Counted from the stretch's first letter, positions 49,301-58,043 are shown. The stretch is DNA of 64,000 nt from Candidatus Collierbacteria bacterium GW2011_GWC2_44_18 (GCA_001000865.1 LCIE01000002.1:32992-96991), one strand, 5' to 3'. Notes: generated by a model not told the origin, from the letters alone. Program-made: numbers and translations.

Positions 49301-51530
49301 GGGTACACAGATATTGATGGAAGACGGAAAAACAAAAGAAATTCAGGATATAAAGGTGGGAGATATAGTCAAGTCATTTCTAAGTCCTCTGTCGAGGAAA
49401 ATAGCAACTGCCAAAGTTTCCAAAGTTTTCACGCATCAGGTAGTAGGTTATTTGGTAATTAACAATCACCTAAGAGTCACCGGAGAACACAATTTATATA
49501 TCAATGGTCGGTTCATGACCGCCTCTGAGGTAAAAGTTGGGGATTTCTATCTTGATACTCATGGGGAGTACCAAAAGATATTCTCCATCGAAAGTCGATC
49601 TGGAATAAATACGGTCTACAATTTCACGGTAGAAAAATTAAACACATACTTCGCCGAAGGATTTTATGTCCACAACGAGAAGGGTCGCGAATTATTCGTG
49701 GACAATGCTTTTTTCAGCAGTGTCCGTACCGGTAGTGATGGCCGTGCCAGCGTTGATGTTAAGCTTCCGGATAATCTTACCTCTTGGAAAATTACCTCCC
49801 AAGGAGTTACTGCCGATCTGAAAGCAGGTGTCGACTCTTCTCTTCTGGTTGTTAAACAACCCTTCTTCGTAGATGTAGTCATGAACACTGAGTATCTGGT
49901 TGGCGAACGACCGGAAGTTTCGGTTCGTGCCTATGGTGAAGGACTATCCACTGGGGACCAAGTAATCCTAAAAATTCAATCTGATACTTTAGGAATAGAT
50001 AAAAGTCTTAACATAAAAGCCTTTGAAAGTTCTAAAGTGGATCTTGGTGTCCTCAAAGAAGGCTCCCACAAAATTACCATTTCGGGTATTTCCGGTAGTC
50101 TTACGGATAAGTTAATCAGAAAAATGAATGTAGTCAAGTCTCGCCTCAAAGCAGTCAAATCGGTCAGTGTTTCTTTGGCAGAAGGTACCAAGCCGGAAGG
50201 TTCGCCAGATTCGTCAACGACCTTAATCTTTTCCGACCAAAGCCTCGGTCGTTATTTCCCACCCCTTTCAAACCTGGCTTACACTTGGGGGGATCGCTCA
50301 GATCAGCGTCTAGCCCGCCATCTTTCGCAGTCTATCATCAAGAAGCTTTTCGACGATTCTATCAGTCCGGAAACACTCGACCTCACCGCCTTTCAAACTC
50401 CGGATGGTGGTTATGCACTCTTTCCCTACTCTGGAGCAGACCTGGAGCTCTCTGCCTTCGTAGCGTCCTTGGCAAAAGAAAAGGTTGATCTCATTGGTTT
50501 GGGAAACTATTTTTACAAAGAATTTTCCCAATCAAAAGACCTCGACACTGCCTCCATGTCGCTTTTTGGACTGGCAAGTTTAGACGAACCGGTACTACTA
50601 TTAATAAACAATCTTTCGGGCGAAAAAGATCTCAGCCCCTTGTCCAGAATCTACTTGGCTTTGGCTCAAGCCAAGATCGGGGATACCGAAATGGCCCGCA
50701 TTTTCTACAAGACTCTCATGTCGGAGTTTTCCGAAAAACAAGATTCATTAATCTTGATGAAAGTCGGATCAGACAAAGATAGTTATCTCCAGGCCACTTC
50801 ACTTACTTCTGCTCTTTCCTCCTTGTTGGGTGAGCCGGAAGCTGACAGTCTGCTTTCTTACACCCTGGCTAATAGCGCGAAAGACATCTTACTAGTTGCT
50901 CCTCAGATGATGGCCATTTCCTATCAGATCGAAAATATTAAACCCCAACCGGTCTCTTTTTCATACACTCTAAATGGCAAAAAGATACCCAAAAAACTTG
51001 AAAAGGGTCAAGTTTTCAAGCTTGAGTTATCGTCCACTGATCTATCCGGAATAAGTTTTTCCGATCTTGTTGGCAATGTCGGTTTGTCTTCAACTTTCGC
51101 GGTTCCTCTGGATCCAAAAACTGCCCCCATAAGTTCGTCGGTTCAGTTAGGTCGGAGTTACTCTGTTCGTGGTGCTATCACCAACACTTTCTCCACCAGC
51201 GATCTTGTCAAAATTTCACTTCCAGTTGCCTATGCGGATATCTCTCAAGACGGTTGTTACCAAGTCTCGGATCTACTTCCTTCGGGGTTGAGACCGATCA
51301 CTTCGATTTATAGTTTCGGGCTGGATTCCACAAAGACTTGGTATCCATACGAGATAAATGGCCAAAAGGTTAGTTTCTGTGTAGGAAATGGAAGTAAAGA
51401 AAAAACCATCAACTACTATGCGAGGGTCGTCTCCGGTGGCGACTTCAAAGCCGAAAGTGCCTTGATTCAATCCTTAATTTCACCTTCAGTCTTCAACCTT
51501 TCTCCCTCCGGCTCGGTCATTATCAAATGA
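46311..51530 (+). CDS. Membrane-anchored alpha-2-macroglobulin-like protein with an internal Hint domain
   Basis: N-terminal TM; Ig-like (Big_5) region; YTDRPVY.P.D (MG2); DKPSY.PGD; R..F.D...V.T..DG.A.V.V.LPDNLTSW (A2M); FQ.PDGG (TED); D.LPSGL. Confidence 0.85.
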   Translation: MGKIKTFLGSLRPWQLVGILLVSLGLLASVILASQYLQLSAKLKLGSDAGLLLTADRQDSLGTFQDSTFTLKSDQDLTVAGLKNSVTFFPEIDFDIREISPRQFSISPKAPLKNNSLYRVKVVSDQKTFSWAFQTKNDFRVVQTLPRDQATYVPINSGIEITFSHDNWDDISLKDGNFEITPFAEGRFERHKRTISFIPEGLVPNTLYTVKIKKGLKLKGTNEVLKDDFVYRFETQSSSGDKTQINFSRSFYEFSPPETPAFDIYTSSTGVGEASVKVYQYPNVQDFTSDFTTKLAIPAWATNSLRLNRRPVSGLNKVLDFPASIQKQSYTNYFLLPQTLPKGFYLIEATIDNITTQALVQITDLSAYLTVSGTKTLVWVNDIGTGQPVSGASVSFAGKGQETGQDGVAYFDTPTEKITENSNLIGVSHGSNALYLPVQNVRYYYDADYQNSRRVADKYWNYFYTDRPVYLPTDILKFWGLLRDRDNLNQNQKFTLEVTRSDYTSWDFHPMVLFTKDFETSDLGTFIGDIPLASYNPGWYGISLKINGTIVSSSSFSIETYTKPAYKLTLTPSKKAAIVGEIISFSGEATFFEGSPVVGMDLKVTGAQNSNFTTDSLGRFNFNYLVSKNSYNYLPEYRNFVVLPTLPEEGMIQVNSSIAVFDSSLVLGYSKTESKNSTGKVEIDLRQVDTGKFTQSSDIQDIFAPASNRLVTGTLVENQWNRREVGTYYDFINKVTSPKYAYDRVQTKIADISLTTDSKGKAVYEFPVGENKSYDILLYATDDQGRTTSQNVYLTGSVNNAELNNYVYLKTDKEGQNSSRYAIGESVNLTLMRGELPLESSGNDKFLYLFSQRGLNSYQLASDGKISFKYPTAFVPNVFVRAVRFTGKTYQVSENLYLYFDTTSKKLSLGITQDKPSYLPGDTAKLSVLVKDQTGSGVSSEVNLSLTDEAYNALNSTFVDPLSGIYRSLGDDIIASYQSHQYPLDSSGAEGGGCFLAGTQILMEDGKTKEIQDIKVGDIVKSFLSPLSRKIATAKVSKVFTHQVVGYLVINNHLRVTGEHNLYINGRFMTASEVKVGDFYLDTHGEYQKIFSIESRSGINTVYNFTVEKLNTYFAEGFYVHNEKGRELFVDNAFFSSVRTGSDGRASVDVKLPDNLTSWKITSQGVTADLKAGVDSSLLVVKQPFFVDVVMNTEYLVGERPEVSVRAYGEGLSTGDQVILKIQSDTLGIDKSLNIKAFESSKVDLGVLKEGSHKITISGISGSLTDKLIRKMNVVKSRLKAVKSVSVSLAEGTKPEGSPDSSTTLIFSDQSLGRYFPPLSNLAYTWGDRSDQRLARHLSQSIIKKLFDDSISPETLDLTAFQTPDGGYALFPYSGADLELSAFVASLAKEKVDLIGLGNYFYKEFSQSKDLDTASMSLFGLASLDEPVLLLINNLSGEKDLSPLSRIYLALAQAKIGDTEMARIFYKTLMSEFSEKQDSLILMKVGSDKDSYLQATSLTSALSSLLGEPEADSLLSYTLANSAKDILLVAPQMMAISYQIENIKPQPVSFSYTLNGKKIPKKLEKGQVFKLELSSTDLSGISFSDLVGNVGLSSTFAVPLDPKTAPISSSVQLGRSYSVRGAITNTFSTSDLVKISLPVAYADISQDGCYQVSDLLPSGLRPITSIYSFGLDSTKTWYPYEINGQKVSFCVGNGSKEKTINYYARVVSGGDFKAESALIQSLISPSVFNLSPSGSVIIK
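49290..49676 (+). other. Hint (bacterial intein-like/PT-HINT) domain, 129 aa
   Basis: Block A CFLAGTQILMEDG, block B VTGEH (TxxH), block F VYNFTV...TYFAEG, block G VHN; +1 residue is Glu. Confidence 0.92.
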
Positions 51531-53341
51531 AACTCTGGCAGTTATTTATTGGTTTTCTACCGATTATCGTCATTGCGACCTGCCTGCCGGCAGGCAGGGT
51601 TTTACTCGAACCGAAGCAATCTCCGAGCTTGAACCCTACACCTATTCGTGGGGTTAACCAACCCTTTGACACCTCCTTCGCTTATGATAATCGCACTTTT
51701 CTACCTGCCGTCGCTCAAAATACTGGCGTTGGTAACGGAACCTCTCCTAGGGTGGTTGTTCTCCCTCATCACCTGACCGCTTCTACCCTGATTGCTCAAG
51801 GCTTGTCGCTTTTAAAAACACCTCCACCCAAAACTATTGTTCTTTTATCTCCCAATCATGCCAACACCGGACAGTGCGCTATAGTTTCCTCCAAAAATAA
51901 TTGGGATACCCCATTTGGTCAGGTCCTAGTCGATCAATATCTATTGAATGATTTTCTGGACACCAAAACCATCTGTTTGGATGACTCGGCTGTGGCTATA
52001 GAACATGGTCTTGCCGGATTGGTTCCCTTCATCAAATATTATCTCCCGAATACAAAAATTGTTCCTTTTGCCCTTAAAAATGACCTCGATCCAATATTGT
52101 TAAATAATTTTACTCAAAAATTAGTTTCACTTTCTACAAAAACCGTTATCTTAGGCTCAATAGACTTTTCCCATGGTCTGTCCAAAAGTGAATCGACCAA
52201 AAAAGACGCTGTCACCGAGAAGTTACTATTGACCTTTAACTATCCGGAACTTCTCAAACTTTCATCCGAGTATCTCGACTCTCCGGTTTCTTTGGTCGCC
52301 ATTCTCAAAATTCTAGACTCGGAAAAAACCAAACCGAACATTCTAGCCCACAGTGACTCATCGGTTTTCAATAACCAACCAATGAACGTCACTTCATATT
52401 TTTTGATCTCCGGCGGCAGTAGTTCATCATCGACCATTCGTCATCCCGGACTTGATAGGGCCGTTGGTCCCCGAAGGGGGAGATCCATCCCCTCTGGAAA
52501 TTCCTTCACTCTCCTCTTCGGCGGTGACGTCATGCTTGGTCGCTCCGTCAATACCAGAATGATAAAGTACCAAGATTTCTTATGGCCATTCCAAAAAATA
52601 TCAGCTCTTCTTTCTTCTGCGGACTTATCTATTATCAATCTCGAGTCGCCTTTCCGTTCTGGTTGCCGACCGACCGATGGTGGTATGGTTTTTTGCGCCG
52701 ATCCTCGATCAGTCGAAGGTTTGGTTACGGCCGGCATCGATGTTGTTAATATCGCCAATAATCACATTTTCAATCAAGGCCAGGAGGGCATAGATGAAAC
52801 CATCGCCATATTAAATAATAACAACATTGCTTTCGTAGGGGCGGACCCCCGCGTCCGCCCGACAAACGACCCCCGCGTCGATCCGCAAAAATCGACATTC
52901 ACTCTCAAAAATACCAAAATCACTTTCTTGGGCTTTACCGACATTGCCTCCGTTTCCCAAGAAATTGCGACCGCCACTCCAGACAATATTAGAGCTCAAA
53001 TATCTGCCGCAAAAAAAGATTCCGATTTGGTTATCGCTACTTTCCACTGGGGCAATGAATATAGTCATCGGTCACTTCATCAGGTGGAACTCGCTCATCT
53101 AGCCGTTGATTCTGGTGCCGATGTCGTCATCGGCCACCACCCGCACTGGGTCCAGGAAGTAGAAACCTATTTGGGTAAACCCATTTACTATTCTCTGGGA
53201 AATTTAGTTTTCGATCAAATGTGGTCAGAAGAAACCAGGACAGGTCTAGTAGTCAAGTTAAACTTCTCTGGCAGTACCCTAATCAGTCAAGAACAAATTC
53301 CTATAAAAATTTTCGACTATGGTCAGCCAGCTACTCTATAA
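51527..53341 (+). CDS. AmmeMemoRadiSam protein B (MEMO1) - CapA/PGA_cap metallophosphatase fusion
   Basis: LPHH, LSPNH, EHG, SIDFSH; then GDVMLGR, NLESP, ANNH, HWGNEY, GHHPHWVQ, YSLGNLVFDQ. Confidence 0.88.
   Translation: MKLWQLFIGFLPIIVIATCLPAGRVLLEPKQSPSLNPTPIRGVNQPFDTSFAYDNRTFLPAVAQNTGVGNGTSPRVVVLPHHLTASTLIAQGLSLLKTPPPKTIVLLSPNHANTGQCAIVSSKNNWDTPFGQVLVDQYLLNDFLDTKTICLDDSAVAIEHGLAGLVPFIKYYLPNTKIVPFALKNDLDPILLNNFTQKLVSLSTKTVILGSIDFSHGLSKSESTKKDAVTEKLLLTFNYPELLKLSSEYLDSPVSLVAILKILDSEKTKPNILAHSDSSVFNNQPMNVTSYFLISGGSSSSSTIRHPGLDRAVGPRRGRSIPSGNSFTLLFGGDVMLGRSVNTRMIKYQDFLWPFQKISALLSSADLSIINLESPFRSGCRPTDGGMVFCADPRSVEGLVTAGIDVVNIANNHIFNQGQEGIDETIAILNNNNIAFVGADPRVRPTNDPRVDPQKSTFTLKNTKITFLGFTDIASVSQEIATATPDNIRAQISAAKKDSDLVIATFHWGNEYSHRSLHQVELAHLAVDSGADVVIGHHPHWVQEVETYLGKPIYYSLGNLVFDQMWSEETRTGLVVKLNFSGSTLISQEQIPIKIFDYGQPATL
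51569..51621 (+). repeat. In-frame family A element with nested 20-nt palindrome
   Basis: gtcattgcga-cctgcctgccggcaggcagg-..gcaatc, read as VIATCLPAGRVLLEPKQS. Confidence 0.85.
52440..52490 (+). repeat. In-frame family C element in the interdomain linker
   Basis: Near-identical to intergenic 36749-36799; read as RHPGLDRAVGPRRGRSI. Confidence 0.85.
52835..52885 (+). repeat. In-frame family B elements in the CapA domain
   Basis: gtaggggcggacccccgcgtccgccc identical to 8003-8028; read as VGADPRVRPTNDPRVDP. Confidence 0.85.
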
Positions 53342-53496
53342 GACCTGACCTCTAAAGTACTCAACTGTCCTCTCCTACCTTCCAGAGAAGTAAAAACCTA
53401 GGGTACTTTGCCACTTATCGTTGTTCGTATCACTTGTAAAATAATTATTAATATCTATAATTAATTCTGGTATTTAAATCGGGAAAATTATCAATT

Positions 53497-54444
53497 ATGG
53501 CTCCCATGAAAAAACAAAAAACCATTGTCTCCGCACTATGGCTGTTAATTAGTCTAGTTGTCATTTTTAGTGTTGCCCTTCTTCTCCAAAAAAGAAATTT
53601 CAGCGATCAAAGCCGAGCATCAAGTGGTACAGTTCTGGTCGGTCAGCTTATTAGATCCACTAGCTCCTCCTTATGCAGTAAATGCGTCCAGCAGTGCCCC
53701 GGTTCGGATAATGTGCTTCATGATTGCAACCCCATGGCTTCTAATGGTATCTCCATTGATAGTGTTTGCAACCAGGCCGGGAAAGTTGAAACTTGTGGCG
53801 GTAAGACCTATTGTTGTCCCAAACCAAAAGCCAGATGGACCGCCAATCTCACCGAATGTCCTGGAGCTACACCGGCGGTTAAACCACTCTCTCCCTACAG
53901 ACTTCTCAAGAAAGGCGGTCTCTGCACGGCTTTAGTCATAGACAAAGATCTGGCGGAACCATTAGTTGGCCAGCAGGTGGTGGCGACCGGAACCTTGAAG
54001 GAGCCATATTTTTATGCTTCAAAACTTTCTAGTTACACCCCAACTCCAACAAGAACCCCTACTCCTACAAAGACCCCCACACCTACTTCTTCAGACAATC
54101 AGCCACCCAAAATCATCACCACTTCATTGCCTTCCGGTTATGTAAATAAATCATACACTGCAAGTGTGGATGCCTCTGATATCGACACCGGCGATGCTTT
54201 AACCATGACGATATCTGGTTTACCTTTTGGGTTGAATACCGGTCCTTGTGGAGTTCCTGTCGGTGGGGGCAAAATCACCTGTTACATCTCCGGAACTCCT
54301 ATCCAGTCTGGACTTTTCAATATAAAGGTCTATGTCAGTGATAATCGAGGCGGATCCAGTTCGAAATCACTACCCCTATCTATCGTTACTCAGTCCACAA
54401 AAGTTACTCCCACACCAATTGGACCGCCGGTGGTCGCTCGCTAA
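53497..54444 (+). CDS. Membrane-anchored surface protein: Cys-rich domain, PT linker, putative Ig (He_PIG-like) domain
   Basis: TM followed by RAS; about 9 Cys; TPTPT repeats; ITTSLP..GLP.GL..ISGTP. Confidence 0.75.
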   Translation: MAPMKKQKTIVSALWLLISLVVIFSVALLLQKRNFSDQSRASSGTVLVGQLIRSTSSSLCSKCVQQCPGSDNVLHDCNPMASNGISIDSVCNQAGKVETCGGKTYCCPKPKARWTANLTECPGATPAVKPLSPYRLLKKGGLCTALVIDKDLAEPLVGQQVVATGTLKEPYFYASKLSSYTPTPTRTPTPTKTPTPTSSDNQPPKIITTSLPSGYVNKSYTASVDASDIDTGDALTMTISGLPFGLNTGPCGVPVGGGKITCYISGTPIQSGLFNIKVYVSDNRGGSSSKSLPLSIVTQSTKVTPTPIGPPVVAR

Positions 54445-54448
54445 ATCT

Positions 54449-54478
54449 CAAAAAACCCGCCAAATGGCGGGTTTTTTG
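54449..54478. terminator. Bidirectional terminator
   Basis: aaaaaacccgcc-aaat-ggcgggtttttt. Confidence 0.8.
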
Positions 54479-54482
54479 AGAT

Positions 54483-54556
54483 TGGTCGGGGTACTCAGAA
54501 TTGAACTGAGATCGCGCGCACCCCATGCGCGCATACTGCCGTTATACTATACCCCG
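54483..54556 (-). tRNA. tRNA-Pro(GGG), CCA encoded
   Basis: Acceptor CGGGGTA/TACCCCG, anticodon arm CGCGC-ATGGGGT-GCGCG, T arm CTCAG-TTCAATT-CTGAG, 3' ACCA. Confidence 0.93.
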
Positions 54557-54600
54557 ATACTACACCCCGAAACGAACCTGTCTATTTTATCACTAAGCTC

Positions 54601-54676
54601 GTCATTGCGAGGAGTCAGGCAACCTGCCTGCCGTAGGTCGAAGATATCGTGTATTTCACGATCAGGTCTCACTCCA
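54601..54676 (+). repeat. Composite family A element sharing 59 identical nt with the miaA insert
   Basis: 54618-54676 equals 60171-60229. Confidence 0.85.
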
Positions 54677-54750
54677 CAAAATAAAAATCCATATTGCGAA
54701 AATAACCCAAATATATATAATGACTTTAGATTAATAAATACCCGAAGGAA

Positions 54751-55812
54751 ATGCCAAAGAAATCCAAAAAAGTTAAAGAAGAAAAGTCTGTTGCCAAGCC
54801 GGCAGACAACAACGCTCGTCTCACTGCTGTCAAAATTGCTATGCAGCAAATTACCAAACAGTTTGGTGAAGGAGCTATCATGCATATGGGTTCCGATCGT
54901 GTCGACGAAAAGATACCGGTAATCTCTACCGGCTCAATTAGTTTGGACTTAGCTCTGGGAGTGGGGGGTTTCCCCAAAGGCAGAATTATCGAGATCTATG
55001 GTCCTGAAGCTTCAGGTAAGACCACCTTAGCCCTCCATGTCATCGCCGAAGCTCAAAAAGCGGGTGGTATCGCCGCTTTTATTGACGCCGAGCACGCAGT
55101 CGATCCTAGCCGTGCCAAGTCTATAGGAGTTGATTTGGACAGCCTCCTATTGTCACAGCCGGACAATGGTGAACAGGCACTAGAGATTGCCGAAACTCTG
55201 ATACGTTCCGGTGGAGTGGATGTTGTTGTTATTGATTCTGTCGCAGCCCTGGTTCCCAAGTCCGAGATCGAGGGGGAAATGGGGGATTCTTCCATGGGTC
55301 TACAGGCCAGACTCATGAGCCAAGCCCTTAGAAAGATTACCGGAGCCATTTCCAAGAGCAAGTGCATCGTTATTTTTACCAATCAGCTCCGTGAAAAAAT
55401 CGGTGTCATGTTTGGTAACCCCGAGGTCACTACCGGCGGGAAGGCCCTCAAGTTTTATGCTTCGATCCGCATCGATATGCGCAAAATTGGCAATATTCAG
55501 GAAGGAGATGAGATAATCGGTTCCCGTCACCGTGCCAAAGTAGTGAAGAACAAAGTCGCTTCGCCTTTTAGAACTGCCGAATTCGATGTTCTTAACGTCG
55601 GAGGTATCAGTAAACTAGGCGACCTCATCGACACCGCCATCGCATATAACGTCCTGGAAAAAGCCGGTTCGTTCATTAAGTACGATGGTGAGACACTGGC
55701 CCAAGGACGGGAGTCAGCGAAGACTGCTTTGGCCGAGCGTCCTCAGGTAATCGAGAAGATTAAGCAACAAGTCATGGAAAAGGTCAATGCCGGAATCCAG
55801 CCAGAAAAGTGA
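54751..55812 (+). CDS. recA: Recombinase RecA
   Basis: [27 protein letters not shown]. Confidence 0.99.
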   Translation: MPKKSKKVKEEKSVAKPADNNARLTAVKIAMQQITKQFGEGAIMHMGSDRVDEKIPVISTGSISLDLALGVGGFPKGRIIEIYGPEASGKTTLALHVIAEAQKAGGIAAFIDAEHAVDPSRAKSIGVDLDSLLLSQPDNGEQALEIAETLIRSGGVDVVVIDSVAALVPKSEIEGEMGDSSMGLQARLMSQALRKITGAISKSKCIVIFTNQLREKIGVMFGNPEVTTGGKALKFYASIRIDMRKIGNIQEGDEIIGSRHRAKVVKNKVASPFRTAEFDVLNVGGISKLGDLIDTAIAYNVLEKAGSFIKYDGETLAQGRESAKTALAERPQVIEKIKQQVMEKVNAGIQPEK

Positions 55813-56266
55813 GATCAGAAGTAGTCTATTAAAATACGCCGCCAACATACTCAGTCGACGGCCGTATTTTAGGTTCAAATTACGAGAAAAACTGTTTCTT
55901 CGGGCAGAAAAACTGAATTTATCCAATTCGGACTCGACAATAAATTCAATTCTGGACGATCTGGCTAAGAGTGGCTATCTAAACGACCAATATCTCTCCG
56001 AAGCCTTTGTCAGACGCCAGTTGTCCAAGCATTATGGCCCTAGGATTATTTCCCTCAAGCTCAAATTCTTGGGATTATCGCGGGAAGCAGTTACTGAAGC
56101 TCTCTCCTCCAGTGCGTCCTTGGAAGCTGAAATAGCCTCCATCAGGCAGTATCTTCAAAAATTTCCCCTTCTTGACCACCGGAAACTGATCTCCAAGCTC
56201 TACCAACGAGGCTATTCCGACCGTGCCATTAAAAGTGCATTTGACGGGGGCTATTTAGAAGACTAA
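55787..56266 (+). CDS. recX: Regulatory protein RecX
   Basis: LSRR, GYLND, YGP..I..KL..G, KL.QRGY; follows recA. Confidence 0.85.
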   Translation: MPESSQKSEIRSSLLKYAANILSRRPYFRFKLREKLFLRAEKLNLSNSDSTINSILDDLAKSGYLNDQYLSEAFVRRQLSKHYGPRIISLKLKFLGLSREAVTEALSSSASLEAEIASIRQYLQKFPLLDHRKLISKLYQRGYSDRAIKSAFDGGYLED

Positions 56267-56413
56267 AATACAGATACTAATCATGCTAGTCACTCAAAAT
56301 TACGCAATGTTCGATCTCAATCATAATACCAAGATCTTCTTCAAAAAAGCCTGTTTACAGGCAAGTTGCTAAGCGGCTGATTTTGCGTGTTTGTTTGCCT
56401 TCCATAGATTAGG

Positions 56414-56433
56414 CCTGCCTGCCGGCAGGCAGG
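56414..56433. repeat. Perfect 20-nt palindrome CCTGCCTGCCGGCAGGCAGG
   Basis: Identical copies at 8070 and 51579. Confidence 0.85.
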
Positions 56434-56459
56434 TTTATTAATATATTTTTGTCTAAACC

Positions 56460-58043
56460 ATGTCTATACTCTCAATTTTCCGTTCAAACATTTTCAAGAA
56501 TCTTTCAGGCTCCGAAAAAAGCAAGTCAGTCTCTTCAGCTCCTGTAGGGGCGATTCATGAATCGCCCGCAAAGGCAGCACCGCCAACGGTCTCTGTCCCC
56601 GTCGTCTCCACTCCTACAGTCGATACGGCTGCTATTATCGCCGCCGCCCAAGCTACAGCTCAGTCTCAGGCCAGAGAAATAATTATCTCCGCCAAAGACG
56701 AGGCCTTCAAAATAAAAGACCAAGCCATCAAGGATGCTCGAATTCAGCTGGAGGAAATCGAGGTTAGAGCCAAAAACCTGGCTCAAAAGCAACAAAGTAC
56801 TGCCACCATTGAAGAACAATTAAAACGGGAGAAAACAAATCTGGATCTCCAGACAACTCAAATTGAAGAGCTGAAGGCAAAAATTGTTTCTCAAGCCGAT
56901 TCAATGGTTGAAAAGCTCGAAAAAATTGCCTCATTAACCACCGAACAAGCCAAGAAGGAGCTTATTGCACAAGTTGAGAAACGTTCTGCCGTTGAAGCAA
57001 CAAGAGCCATAAAAGAAGCCGAGGAAAAAGCCAAGATCGAGGCAGAGGATCTCGCCAGGGAAATACTTGTCGATGCCATGAAGGCCGGTGCCACAGACTA
57101 TGTCGCCGAGTATACGATCTCTACTGTTCCAATTCCTGATGAAGAAACCAAAGGTCGAATTATCGGTAAAGACGGTCGCAATATTCGGATTTTCGAAAAA
57201 GTATCAGGATGTGATGTCTCTATGGACGACGGTCCCGATGAAGTCAAGTTGAGTAGTTTTGATCCTGTCCGTCGAGAAATTGCCCGTCTCACTTTAATTC
57301 ATTTAATCAAAGACGGTCGTATTCACCCGGCTCGTATCGAAGAATACTTTGAGAGATCAAAGAGAGACGTCGAACAGATAATGTTCCTGGAAGGCCAGAA
57401 GCTTTGCCACGCTGTCGGTGTTTACAACATGAATCGAGAGATCATTACCATGCTTGGCCGTTTCAAATTCCGCACCTCCTATGGTCAAAACATGATCAGT
57501 CATACTTTAGAAGAGACAAGAATTGGAATCAAAATAGCCAATGAAATTGGTGCCAATGTAGATATCGTTAGAATGGGTTGTTTGCTTCACGATATCGGCA
57601 AGATAATTGAAGGAGAGGGCAATCATGTGGAGCTTGGTGTTCAATACCTTAAGAAGTTCAATATTCCTCAAACCATTCTTGATTGTGTCGCCCAGCATCA
57701 TGAGGATGAGGAATTTAGTTCTAATGAATCGGTCATTGTCTATATCGCCGACGCCATCTCCGGTTCCAGACCGGGAGCTCGCCATGAGAATACCGAAGAG
57801 TACGGTAAGCGGATTAAGCATTTGGAGGAAATCGCTCGAAAGCATCCGGAAGTTGACGACGCCTACGCCATCTCCGCCGGGAGAGAAATCAGGGTTATTG
57901 TAAATCCAAGTAAAGCAGGTGATGAACAGTTATCTGTTATTGCACAAGCCATTCGCGATGAAATCAGAGACACCATGACTTTCCCCGGAACTGTCAAGGT
58001 TAATTGTATTCGCGAAACGCGCGCCTCGGAAATCGCATCGTAA
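56460..58043 (+). CDS. rny: Ribonuclease Y
   Basis: Coiled coil, KH (KGRIIGKDGRNIR), HD (LLHDIGK), ADAISGSRPGAR. Confidence 0.96.
   Translation: MSILSIFRSNIFKNLSGSEKSKSVSSAPVGAIHESPAKAAPPTVSVPVVSTPTVDTAAIIAAAQATAQSQAREIIISAKDEAFKIKDQAIKDARIQLEEIEVRAKNLAQKQQSTATIEEQLKREKTNLDLQTTQIEELKAKIVSQADSMVEKLEKIASLTTEQAKKELIAQVEKRSAVEATRAIKEAEEKAKIEAEDLAREILVDAMKAGATDYVAEYTISTVPIPDEETKGRIIGKDGRNIRIFEKVSGCDVSMDDGPDEVKLSSFDPVRREIARLTLIHLIKDGRIHPARIEEYFERSKRDVEQIMFLEGQKLCHAVGVYNMNREIITMLGRFKFRTSYGQNMISHTLEETRIGIKIANEIGANVDIVRMGCLLHDIGKIIEGEGNHVELGVQYLKKFNIPQTILDCVAQHHEDEEFSSNESVIVYIADAISGSRPGARHENTEEYGKRIKHLEEIARKHPEVDDAYAISAGREIRVIVNPSKAGDEQLSVIAQAIRDEIRDTMTFPGTVKVNCIRETRASEIAS
56544..56567 (+). repeat. 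In-frame family B element in rny (VGAIHESP)
   Basis: gtaggggcgattcatgaatcgccc. Confidence 0.8.

Noticed and set aside
49290-49676. Canonical splicing intein or homing element
   Set aside because: The +1 residue is Glu rather than Cys/Ser/Thr and there is no endonuclease domain, so it is treated as a BIL/PT-HINT type domain.
54483-54556. tRNA-Pro as the integration site of an island
   Set aside because: No duplicated tRNA 3' end and no integrase were seen in the window.
54332-54922. 196-aa ORF sharing a peptide with MiaA
   Set aside because: It spans a terminator, the tRNA and a repeat; the shared peptide is just the 59-nt repeat.
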